Assembly (NCBI GenBank): GCA_918797485.1
Contig: CAKKNE010000002.1
Coordinates: 4,588,001-4,652,000 of the forward strand
DNA length: 64,000 bases
Reading direction: 5' to 3'
Origin: Pelagomonas calceolata
Lineage: Eukaryota
The translations under genes were made by a program, and so were the position numbers. The notes under the pieces are model-generated. The model did no database searches. It was not told the origin of the DNA and saw only the letters and a program-made list of their open reading frames with translations. Positions 9,681-20,207 of the stretch are shown piece by piece. Position 1 is the stretch's first letter. The number at the start of each line of letters is the position of its first letter.

Positions 9681-12600
9681 TTAGGACCCAGAACCAGGCG
9701 CGACGCGCGCGCCACCGCGCCGCATGCGCGTCGACGCCTGGACGGCGACGCCCGTCTTGCGCCGCCGCTGCGCCGGCGACGGCTTGACGGGCGACGGCGC
9801 CTTGGCGGGCGACGCCGGCGCCGCGGGCGCCGCGCGCAGCCGCGCGAGCTCGGCCTCCAACGCGGCCACGTCCTCGGACCGCGCAGCTAAAGCCGCCGTC
9901 GCCCGCTCCAGGGCGTCGCGCGTCGCGCTTAGTTCTTCCGACGTCTTCGCCACCTCATCGGCGTGGTCCCTTTTACTTTTCGCGGCGGCCCGGCGCATCA
10001 ACACGATCTTGTCGTGCTGCGCCGCGTTGCTCGCGCGCAGCTTATCGACGTCGTCCTCCTGGACGACCTCGGCGCCCCGTTGATGACGTAACCTCTCCAA
10101 ATCCTCGGGCGTCCGCAGCTGCCACGTGTCCGGATCTAAGAACGGTAATTTGTGCGAGAAGAGGTGCTTGCGTCGCTGGGCCTCGTCCAACGACGCGATC
10201 CGCCGGAACGGCTCGTCGTGCGTCTCGAGCGCGTTGTAGGACGCCAGGCCCAACCTGATGGTCGCGAGAGCCAGGTCCGCGCCCGCGAGCGACTCGTCGA
10301 AGGCCGGCGGCGCCGGCTCCTCCACAACTTCGCCGTCCATGACGCGCTCGACGACGTCCTTCAGGCGCCCCGGGCTCTCCGCCACGACGTCGTCAGACGG
10401 CGCTTCCTCGGGCGCCGGCACGGGCGCGTCTTCGATAGCAGTCTCCTCCTCGGAGGGCACCGTCTCCGGCGGCGGCACGGCCTCCTCCTCCTCTTCTGTG
10501 GAGGGAGGCGCCTCGACGCTCGTCCCCTTGTAGGCGTCGGGGTCCGCCGGGTAGGTTACGGTGACTTGCAGGTCCACCGAGGTCCTTTCCCATGGATGAG
10601 CCTGCCGCTCCAACAACCTAGCTCGAGACCTTTCCACTCGCAACGGCAAGTCGCCCTTATCTAACAAAGCGCAGAGACATGCCAATACATAGGGATCCTC
10701 GGCCTCCACTCGACATGAGACGCAGGCCGCCGTACTATCGGCAGACCGAGGCGGCCGCGTCGGCACGGCCACCAGGTCGCACCTTCGAGTGCCACCCACC
10801 AATAGCGCCCTTTCATCGGCAAAAGGTAAAGGAAAGACCAGGCCCGACAGGCCCAACTCGCAGGGGTGCGCCGCCGCGTTGATCTGATCGACGACGGCCT
10901 GCAACGCTCCGTATAGTACAGGCCGCGCCGCGGCCGCGCGAGCTCGCAAGTGCAGCTTCCGCGCGGCATCACCCGAGTCGGCATCGAAGGGACAGTCCTC
11001 AACAGCATGATCCGCGCGCCACCACGAGCTCGTCGCGTCGGCTCTCGGGGGTGGTTGTGCTGGCATACTCGCGGGGTTCCGCCGACACCTATCAGAGGCC
11101 TCTATGAGGGAAGACCATCTAGACCCCAGCGCCTCGTACTTCTGCGTCCGTAAAGCTTCGCGCACTTCCGACAGGCGCCGGTGCTCGTCGGAACAGACTT
11201 GCGCCGCACTATCTAGACAAGAACGCATCTCATTTAAATCAGGCTCCGGCGAGAGAACGTCGTCGCCCTCCACCACTCTTCTGGCAGTAGCCCGCGCGTA
11301 GGCCGCCGCCGCGGATCGCAAGCCCCGTACTACTTCTGAACGAGCGTTCTCATTATCCGGGGGATCGTGCAGCGCCGTGTCGCTCTCCGTGCCTACAACC
11401 GTCGAGACTTTGATGCGCTCGTCCCGGTCTCGCTGTAACAGGGCGTGTCTTTGTATTTTACGGTGCCAGAGTCGCGAGGCGAGCTGCGGTTTGAGAGATG
11501 TACTGAGCTGCCTTTTCGTCGTCTCGACGAATCTGAGGGACTTATTCACCTCGTCCAGACTTAGTAACGCATCCAATTCGACCTCACTTAAACTGAACAG
11601 TTCTGCAGCCGAGACCGGTTGCGTCGTCTGTGACCCGTTCGCCAGTCGGTCGCAGATCGCGTCGGTAGCCAGAGGCCCGTGCCAAGACTGCACTCTAAAC
11701 CATCTTGCCACGTCGTCCGGGCTCCTTATATCTTGCTCATCTAAGACCTCGACCGCTCCCGCGCTTACTAATTCATCTAAGATTGCATGAGATGCTTCGC
11801 TCTCCTCCGCACAAGTCGCCAAACGCAAAGGAGTAAATTGGGGAGGAAACGTCAACGTCTCGGCCCCGTCCTCCTCCTCCATGATGCCGCAGAGCTCCAA
11901 TTCTTCCTTGGATCGCGTGGCCGCGTTGACGTCCGCGCCGTGTGACAATAACAGGCGTACGAGACCCAATCGACCTCGATACACGGCCGCGTGTAAGGGT
12001 GTGGCGCCCTTTCCATCGGTCCCGTCCACTTGGGCCCCCTTCTGGAGGAGCAATTTACATAACGCATCATCACCTTCAGCTAACGAAGCCGCCACGAGTA
12101 GAGGCGGCCGCCCCTGCCCGTCGACACTGTTCGCGTCGGCCCCCACATCTAGTAGCCTCTTCGCTAATACTAAGGAACCTCGCTGGCACGACGCCGTCAG
12201 GGGCGTATGGTTTTCTGACGTCTGGTCGGCGTCGGCGCCGCCCGCGAGTAGTGTTTCACATAGAGCATCTCTCAGCGTCTCCGGAAAGTCTCGTAATGGC
12301 TCAATACGCCTCCCTCGCCTACGTCTAGTTCTGACCGGAGAACTCTGTACGGGAGCTTCATTTTCCACAGCAGCCAACAATGGCGTCGCGCCGCTTTCGT
12401 CGGCGATGTTCGCGTCGGCCCCGTGACACAGTAAGAATCTACAAACGTCGGAAGCACCCCGACGCACCGCCGCATGGAGCGGCGTCGCCCCTGTTTGTCT
12501 TTTGCGCAGGTTCACGTCGGCCCCGTGCTCGACCAAAACTTTCACGGCCTCTTCGTCACCATTGCTACAAGCCAGGAACAAGGGCGCCGTCCCACTCACA

Positions 12601-13066
12601 TTGCACCGATCGACGCCGGCCCCATGTTCTAAGAGCATGGTCATCGGTTTTACATGGCCCTCCTGGACAGCTAAAGCCAACGAAGTCAAACCCGCGGAAT
12701 CGGTCTTGTCGACTTCCGCCCCATTTCGCAGCAGCAGCGACACGACTTCTTCATTATTGGTCGCGACCTGCGCGGAGCATCGCGGTTCGGTCCGAACGGC
12801 CTCAAATTCGAAAAAGAAACCACCCCCGGCCTCCTCTCCTGGAGACGACGTGCGTCGATGGCGTGAAGGCACCGCAGGACGCCGAGATATACGGCCATCA
12901 TGAGCGGGAACCAGTCCCGATCGCATTCGTTGATGTCCGCGCCGCTGTCAATAGCTCTTTTCATCGCTGTGGTTTCTCCTCTTTGCGCCATGAGGTTGAG
13001 GGCGTTGGCGTGGAGGGACCAGGGCGAGGCGGCGCCCCGCGTCGTGGTCTTGCTTGGTGTGGCCAT
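9681..13066 (-). CDS. Ankyrin-repeat protein with a C-terminal coiled coil; exons 13066-12893 and 12767-9681, about 1086 aa
   Basis: Multiple ankyrin repeats (GATPLHAAVRRG, GTAPLFLACSNG, GATPLHAAVYRGRLGLVRLLLSHGADVN). Splicing gives FPLMMA|VATNNEEVVSLLLRNGA, a complete repeat. Confidence 0.85.
12768..12892 (-). mobile_element. Introner-type intron, 125 nt, GT-AG, phase 0
   Basis: gtatatct-cggcgtcc...acgccatcgacgcacgtcgtctccaggagag...tgaggccgttcggaccg...ctccgcgcag|gtcgcgac. The body is clearly homologous to the introns at 40570-40702 and 4773-4885. Confidence 0.88.
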
Positions 13067-13558
13067 GGCGCTGTGTCTTGGCTGTGTCTCGCTTGGTGCC
13101 GGGCCGCTGGCTGCCCGCGCGTCGGCGGCCGGTCGCTCTGGACGGGCTGCCTCGTCGCGCGCGTTGCGTCGTGCGTCGCGCGCGTGTGCTGCTATAGCAA
13201 GGCGTTGTCCAGCCAACTCGTTGCGATGAAGGCTAGTGGCACTAGGACAAGCCCGGCATCGATCATCGATTAAGGCACCGCCTGGCGACGGCTGGGACCG
13301 GGTCCCAGGACGCATGATGCGCGTCCGCGTTTCGCGACAAAGCCAGCACGCCCGGGCGCCCCGACGTCGGCGCAGTTGACTGCGCGAGGACGGCCGTGGG
13401 AGCAAGCGCTGCCCCGAAACGCCTTGCCTTGAAACCGTTCAGGCAATAAACGAACGCCGGCGGCGTGCTGCAGCGGCGCAGCCCCTCCCGGGATTGGAGT
13501 CCACACACCACCACTGCATTCGCCGCACGAGCGCGCGACGCGCACCAAGCAATAAATC

Positions 13559-16500
13559 ATGGGCTGGTTCGGCGGCAAGAAGGCGCCCAGTAACGGCACC
13601 AGCAATGGCGCGCGTCAAGAAGCTACGACGCCGCAGTCGCCGCCGCAGATCAGCCGAGAGGACAAGGCTAAAGTGGATGCGGCGGGCGGCGTGCCGGACA
13701 TGACGGCCCTCGAGAATCTGGGGGAATGGTCCATGCTGCGGAATCTGGAGCTGCGGCTCATAGGAAAATCAGAGCCGTATACGCTCGTCAGTACAGTATT
13801 AGTGGCAGTCAACCCCCTGAAAGAAACCGCAAAACCGGACTTCAAGTCCTTCGTGGACGCGTCCTGGGATCCCACGCGGCCGCATCCGAATCAACTGGCG
13901 GAGCTGGCCTACCAGCGGCTGCAGGGCGGCCGCGCGCCCGACCAATCACTTGTAGTGAGTGGAGAGTCGGGCGCGGGCAAGACGGAAACCTCAAAAATTG
14001 TCGTCAAGTACTTAACACAAAGGGGCACGGCGTCGGGCGCCGGCGACACGCAGTTGGCGAAACGGATCTCCGCCGTAAGTCCTGTGCTCGAGTCCTTTGG
14101 GAACGCGGCTACCATGCGCAACCACAACTCGTCGCGGTTTGGTAGATTTGTGAAGTTATTGTTTGCGCCGTCCGGTAAAAAAGTGGTAGGCGGCGATGAC
14201 CTACTCTTAGCTGGAGGTGCTCTAGAAACGTACCTCCTCGAGAAAAGTAGAGTGGTAAGGCAAGGTTCGGGCGAGCGGAACTTCCACGCCTTCCACATGA
14301 CGCTCGACCAGAGGCCGTCGCGCCAGCTGGGCGACCGCAAGCTGCTCCTGGACCCCTCGAAGCATGCGCATCGGAGCATGCCGCCCTATGGGCAACAAAT
14401 GAGGGCAAAAGCCGGTCTGGAGCACGTGCCCGAGTACCGAGCCTGTGACCAAGCGCTGGAGGCCATCGGCTTCGATGCGGCGACCAAGGCGGCGGCCTGG
14501 GACCTGCTCGGGGGTATTGTTTCATTAGCGGACGTCGTAATCAAGGTCAAAGTCGATGCTGCATCACAAGAAGACGTCGCCGATGTGGAGCTGGACGGGG
14601 CTTGTCTGAGAGCTGCTAAACTATTAGGATGGGACGTTTCCGCTCTCTCACAAATCCTGTGCGAGCGAACCGTAAAAATGCGCAGCGAAGAGGTTACTGT
14701 CAAACGCACACCAGGAGAAGCGGCTGGCGCTAGAGATGCCGCCTGTCGGTGGCTCTACGGCGCCCTCTTCGAGAAGCTCGTGGTCCAGTGTAATGAGGCG
14801 CTCGACGGTGGCCTCGCAGCAAAATCAACGCGCTTCGTCGGGATTTTAGACATCTTCGGCTACGAAACGCTCGAAGAGAACGGCCTCGAGACGCTCCTCA
14901 TAAACTACGCGAACGAGTCCTTGCAGCAGCTGTTTTGCGATGCCATTTTTGCGGCAGAATTGCAGTTGTACGAGGACGAGGGCATCCTGACGGAGGAGGA
15001 CGCGAAAGCTTTAGCACCACCTGACTCGACCGCAACTCTCCAGTTCTTGGCGGGCAAGGGGCCGCCACCGGGCATCCTGCGGTTGCTCGATGCCCAGTGC
15101 GCCACGGGCGGCACGACTACCGGCAAAAAAACTGGGCAAGATGAAAGGGACTCGCGCTTCTTAGGAGAGGTCGCGCGCGTCCACAAGGGGAACAATTCAC
15201 TTGCAAATACGAAGCCGAAGGATCGGAGGTACATGTTCCACGTGCAGCATTATGCGGGCGTCGCGGGCTATACTGTGGTAGACGATTCGCAGAAGGAGGG
15301 CCACGAGGGCTGGGTCGTCACGAACTTGGATCAAGTTCCGGAAAGGTTAGCTAAGCTCGCGTTGACGTCTACCGTATCACTAGTCAAGGGTTTGGAGGCA
15401 GTGGGTCAAAAAGCATCAAATGAGAATCAGAACCGACGGGGCAGCATGGGCAAGCCCAAGACCGTCGCTTCTAGGTTTGCCGCCTCGATGAGCGAACTCA
15501 CGAAGGTCCTCGAGGCGACCGACTGCGGCTTCTGCCGGTGCATCAAGCCGACGCCCAAGATGGTGCCGAATGAATTTGATGGGCCCTACGTCGCGGAACA
15601 GTTGAGGGCATTGGGTTTAGTTGCGGCCACCGAAGTTTTACGAGTAGGCTTACCTCATAGGGTCGAGTACGCGTCTCTGTTAAATACGCTACCGGCCGAA
15701 GCGAAACGGGTGTTGAGTGGCGAGCCGAACGACATCGTGGTCTCCTGCACGCTGTCGGCCTTCGACGTGCCCGCGTCCCACTTCCGACTCGGTAAGACGC
15801 GGGTCTTCTTCCCGGCGGCCGCTCTCCGACAGATCAATGATTTGTTGGAATTTGATCCAGCGAAGGACCCGGAGCGAGCGGCACTCATCGCTGGTAAATT
15901 ACAAGCTGCTAAGCAAGCAGCACAAGAGGCGCGGAAGGCCGCGCAAGAAGCGGTAGATGCATTATCACGAGCCGACGCGGCCGTAGCTTCCGCGAGGCAA
16001 TGTGTGGCTTCGTTACCAGATGATGACGGTGATGATCAATGCGACGAGGACGCGCGACAAGCTGGATTAGATGCGCAGACCGCAGGTGCGGATGCGGAAG
16101 ATGCGCAAGACTGCGCGACGCAAGCCAAACAAGCGGCGGACAAGCAGCCGAACGCCCCGAAGGCGGCCGAGGCGGCTCGAAAAGCTCAATTGTGTGCGGA
16201 CAAGGCGAAGGAGGCGTCGGACCAGGCCGATGCTGCGGCTTCGAAGTGCGACGACGTCGCCGAGGCGCTCGGTGGGGCGCGTCGAGCCGCAGCGCAATCT
16301 CAAACGGCGTTGACCATTTGTGTGGCCGCTAGGAAGGCCTGTCTCGCAGCCAAGGACGGCGCGACGTCGGCCGTGCGAAGGTTGAAATTGAGTGAAGTGA
16401 CGGTTAAAGTGCAAGAGGCCAAGGCCGCGGCCCAAGAATGTATTGATGCGGGCAAGGCGTGCGAGAAGGCGGCCGCCGCCGCAAGTGCGGGGCCCCGTGC

Positions 16501-18116
16501 TGGTACTGGCGACCTGGCTCAATTGGCCAAACGGTGCGCCGAGAAGCGCGAGATGGCTTCACAAGCGCATGCCGAAGCGCGAGCCTTCCGAGATGAAGCT
16601 TTGAAGTTTGCGGAGGCGCAGCGGTTAGCCGACGAGGAAGAACGTAGAAGGAAGGAGGAGGAAGAACGTCGACGTAGAGAAGAGGAGGCGCGTTTACGGA
16701 GAGAAGCGGAAGAGCGTAAACGTAAAGAAGAGGAAGCGAGGGTCGCGGCCGAGGCCGAACAACTTCGTAGGAAGGAGGAGGAGGCTAAGCAACAGCATGA
16801 GGCCCGCATCGCCGCCGCGAAGGACGCCGCTGCTGCTGAAGAATTAAGGAAGGCCGAGTTGATACGCGAAGCCCAAGCTAGAGAGAATGAAAGACAACTA
16901 AGGGTCAAGGCCGAGAAGCTGCGGCGGGCCAAGGAGAAGGCGGCCAACGACGCGAAGGCCGCGCAAGCGTTTGCCGCGTTCGATGTACCAAAAACGCGCC
17001 TGTCCGACGTCCAGCCGCCCACGCCCCAGAAGCTCACGACGCAGTTGTCGGGCGGGTTTTCGTCCCCAAAACCGCCGCCGCCGCCGGATGATGAAGATGA
17101 AGAATTTGTGGACGACGAGGCCGGTCCGTATCGCAGCGTCTTCATTGACCCGTACGCCATCGACGCGTCTCGCGACGATATCGATCGACACAGGCTACGA
17201 CCAGGACGACGACGACTTCATCGAAGAAGCCCTGAGCCCGTCGAAGAAAGTGAGTGCCGAGTGGGTCGTCCAACATTTACGACGGTTCAAGCGGTGGTAC
17301 GTGGTCGAGAGACTTGGTAGTGACGGGAACGTCTGCAAGTACGAGCCGCCTCCCCCGCCGCCCTTGGAGATTCTGAACCGGCCCCACCCGCCCCTACCGC
17401 CGAGACGAGAGGTCAACGCTCTCAGAGATATGGCTTTTAGAGGTGTCGACCTGTGCCCGGAAGATCCAGCACCTAGAGATAGACGGACTTGTTTATTGCA
17501 CTGCGTCGTGAAGCGGAAGAAGTCGACGTTAGGTTCAGCACAATTTGAGTTTTCCTTGTCTTGCTTGCCTGATGATACATTACTCACAGCTAAGTTGTCA
17601 GGCAAGCACTGGCAGCTGTTTGATGGAGACGCGACGTTACCCTACGGCCAGTTGCGGGACGCCATGTCCATGACGGCTAGGCCTGATTCGGAGATGGGTC
17701 TGTTCGGCCACCAGCGAGCGAACCGAGGTGGCGCTCCCAGGGAGATCGGCGTCGTCGTGGAACCACCTGTCTCTGATGCGGGCTTTCTGGAAAGCTTGGG
17801 AGGGGCCAAGAACCTACCCGGCGGCGCGTTGTTCGATCGGTTCTCGCGGCACGACCCGCGCTTGGTGGTCTGCATGCAGCGCGACCCCGTGAAGCGCAAC
17901 GGGAAGTACTCGCTGGACTTCCGGGGAAGAGGCAAGGTCGCGTCGGTCAAGAACTTCCAACTACAGGCCGCGGCGGACCCCGGGCGACGCTCCAAAAAGG
18001 CGGACATCGTCTTGCAGTTCGCCAAGGTGTCTGCCAATAGATTTCACTTGGACTTCGCGGCGCCGTTCACGCCGACGACGGCCTTCGCGCTGGCCGTGTC
18101 GACGTGCGTGACCTAG
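13559..18116 (+). CDS. Unconventional myosin with an Ala-rich coiled coil, an ER/K single-alpha-helix tract and a C-terminal Tubby domain; exons 13559-17123 and 17194-18116, about 1495 aa
   Basis: Motor motifs LVAVNP, SGESGAGKT, NHNSSRFG, YLLEKSRV, GILDIFGYE, INYANESLQ and FCRCIKP. Exon 2 has the Tubby C-terminal signature YSLDFRGRGKVASVKNFQL...VLQFAKVSANRFHLDFAAPFTPTTAFALAVS. The frames join exactly across a 70-nt intron. Confidence 0.85.
17124..17193 (+). mobile_element. Introner-type intron, 70 nt, GT-AG, phase 1
   Basis: gtccgtat-cgcagcgtc...tacgccatcgacgcg...cgacacag|gctacgac. It shares the 5' end cgcagcgtc and the core with intron 62763-62902. Confidence 0.82.
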
Positions 18117-18345
18117 GCGCTTCGATCTAATTTCATTACACATATCTCCCTCTAGGCAGCCCTCCCCCGCACAGCAGAGCGCGTAAAACAGGTTTTCATC
18201 TTGGAATTTTAGCTGAAAACCAAGACCACGCGCTCAGTCTGGCAAGCAAAACGGAGTGCGCTCGTAGGAACGGACGGACTTCGAGTCATAAGCATCTCAG
18301 CACATCAATCTCGCGACTGCTTGCTGATAAATTAAGCTTAACAAA

Positions 18346-18741
18346 ATGAACTCTGAAGCTGCTCCTCTGCGTGAGCCGCGGTCGCGCGAACAGCCACGGT
18401 CGCGCCGCGTACGCGCGGCGGCGCTAGCCCTCGTCCTGGGATCGCTCGGCCTGTGGGCGGTCGTTGCGACGCGCGCGGGGCCCCTCGCGGGCACACGGCC
18501 CGGCGTCGCCGTGGACATGAAGCAGGAAGAACGGACGTGCTGGATGGAATACCGAGCCAAGAGCGGGAACGGCTATAAGCTCAAGAAGAAGAAGATCGCG
18601 TGCGACTGCGGCGCTGGCGAAAGTGGCGGAGGCGGCACCGGTGGCGGAAGCGACCCACCAGTGCCACCAGTTGTCGACGATCGTCAGCTGCCCTACTTCG
18701 AGGACTTTGAGGAAGATCTCCAGCAGCCCTACGCTGATTGA
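18346..18741 (+). CDS. Small hypothetical single-pass membrane protein
   Basis: 131-aa ORF with aaaATG context, hydrophobic segment AAALALVLGSLGLWAVVAT, a Gly-rich linker and an acidic tail. Confidence 0.5.
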   Translation: MNSEAAPLREPRSREQPRSRRVRAAALALVLGSLGLWAVVATRAGPLAGTRPGVAVDMKQEERTCWMEYRAKSGNGYKLKKKKIACDCGAGESGGGGTGGGSDPPVPPVVDDRQLPYFEDFEEDLQQPYAD

Positions 18742-18831
18742 CGTTGTCCATTTGTCCTCGCGTCGGCCCCGCGGCCCGCGCGTGTAAAAATTAGTGTGCG
18801 ACGCCCGCGGCGCGTCGACACCTCTCGGAGC

Positions 18832-18839
18832 AAAAAAAA
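18832..18839 (-). terminator. RNA polymerase III terminator (T8) of the tRNA-Val gene
   Basis: Run of 8 A on the + strand (T8 on -), 8 nt downstream of the tRNA discriminator base. Confidence 0.7.
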
Positions 18840-18847
18840 GAGAGTCG

Positions 18848-18947
18848 TACTGGATGCCGGGTTCGAACCGGCGACCTACTGCGTGTAAAGCAGACGTGAT
18901 AACCACTACGTTGGAGCTTCGGAGAAAAAAAGCTTCACCAATCCAGC
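18848..18947 (-). tRNA. trnV-UAC: tRNA-Val(UAC) with a 27-nt non-canonical intron at position 12/13 (exon 1 18947-18936, intron 18935-18909, exon 2 18908-18848)
   Basis: The spliced 73-mer GCTGGAT TG GTG|TAGTGGTTATCAC G TCTGC TTTACAC GCAGT AGGTC GCCGG TTCGAAC CCGGC ATCCAGT A forms a full cloverleaf. Acceptor GCTGGAT/ATCCAGT, T-arm GCCGG/CCGGC, anticodon TAC at 18887-18885. Confidence 0.88.
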
Positions 18948-19164
18948 AGTTCCTCCAAGGGTGCAGCCATCGGGCGCACTCCTCGGTCAGAGCTGGCCGA
19001 TTTTTCGCTTATGAAAGCCCAAACCTGGGTTTTGTGCCGCCGCCGCGGCGCGTCACGGGTCCGTTTTTGCCTCCAGGCCGTCGCAGGCACACTGCCGGCA
19101 TTGTTTGCAACCGCTGCTCGCAGGTCTGCTGGTTGCGCGAGACATTTGAGGCCGGAGAGCCAGC

Positions 19165-20133
19165 ATGCTCTCCCTTGCAGCCAGGCGCACAAGTCGCCGC
19201 GCGGCGCCGATACTGCGACGAGCGCCGCTGACACGCCGCGCATCACCGCCGCGCGTGCATATACAAAAGCTCAGCACCACCGCACCACAAACAAAAAACG
19301 TAGCCCTGAGACTCGCCCTCGCGCCCTACGCCGCTTTATCATGCTTCCCACTGGCGAGCGGCGCCGCGGCACTCTACCACTCCATCAACGGCGACGAGGA
19401 CGCCGCGCGCGGCTGCGCCTTCTTCAGCTGGACCGGATGGTTGTCTTTACCAGCGACGATACCGATGTTCCTCGTGGCGGCGCCGTATACCTTACTCTGT
19501 GATCCCTACGAGCGGAGCCTCCCGGATAAGGTAGCCAAGGCCTGGGGCCGTTGTACCACAACACCCTTCTTCTCTACTCATGTAGAAGGGCTGGAAGCGT
19601 GCGAAAAACAACTCAACGGCCGACCGGCGGTCTTCGTGGCGAACCACCAGTCGTGGTTGGATATATATGCTTCGTTTTGGCTGGACTGGGACCGCGCCTT
19701 AAAAATCGTGTCCAAGGCATCTATTTTCCGGATTCCTCTGTGTGGGTGGGTCATGTCTCTGATCGGCCACGTGCCCTACGACCGGTCCAAGCCGGGCGGC
19801 CACGTCGTCGGCGCGTGCGAGAAGCTCGTCGAGAACGGCGCGAGCATCCTCTTCTTCCCGGAGGGGTCACGGTCCAAGGACGGCCGGCTCAAGCCGTTCA
19901 AGCCCGGCGCGTTCGTGGTCGCGGCGCGCGCTGGATGTGCTGTCGTGCCGGTCACCATAAAAAACACGGGATATTTGATGCCCGTCGGCGACGAATTCTA
20001 CGCCGGCGGGCGCCTACGGCGGGGCGACGTCGAAGTGGTCGTCCACGCGCCTTTGTATGCCGATCCTACGAAGGCGGACCCCGTCGCCGATCTGCAAGAG
20101 AGGGCGCGACAAGCGATCGCGTCGCGGCTCTGA
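19165..20133 (+). CDS. 1-acyl-sn-glycerol-3-phosphate acyltransferase (LPAAT/PlsC family) with a basic N-terminal transit-like peptide
   Basis: Acyltransferase blocks NHQSWLD, GHVPYDR, FFPEGSRS and FKPGAF...VVPVTI. Confidence 0.9.
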   Translation: MLSLAARRTSRRAAPILRRAPLTRRASPPRVHIQKLSTTAPQTKNVALRLALAPYAALSCFPLASGAAALYHSINGDEDAARGCAFFSWTGWLSLPATIPMFLVAAPYTLLCDPYERSLPDKVAKAWGRCTTTPFFSTHVEGLEACEKQLNGRPAVFVANHQSWLDIYASFWLDWDRALKIVSKASIFRIPLCGWVMSLIGHVPYDRSKPGGHVVGACEKLVENGASILFFPEGSRSKDGRLKPFKPGAFVVAARAGCAVVPVTIKNTGYLMPVGDEFYAGGRLRRGDVEVVVHAPLYADPTKADPVADLQERARQAIASRL

Positions 20134-20207
20134 TGATGTTCGTTCGCTCGCTCGTTATTTATTACGCTGTATAAGTTTGAGTGTTATTTACAACAGGATG
20201 AGGAGGC

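Noticed and set aside
13232..13246. Partial CTAG-rich matches to the upstream motif (also near 43738, 45961 and 53925)
   Set aside because: They lack the full CTAGTGTCT plus CGCTAGC arrangement. They may be degenerate copies but were not counted.
18848..18910. Initial reading as a 5'-truncated tRNA pseudogene, SINE or integration-site remnant, or as a permuted tRNA
   Set aside because: The missing 5' 12 nt (GCTGGATTGGTG) lie 27 nt upstream in normal order and pair with the 3' acceptor strand, so the gene is colinear and intron-containing.
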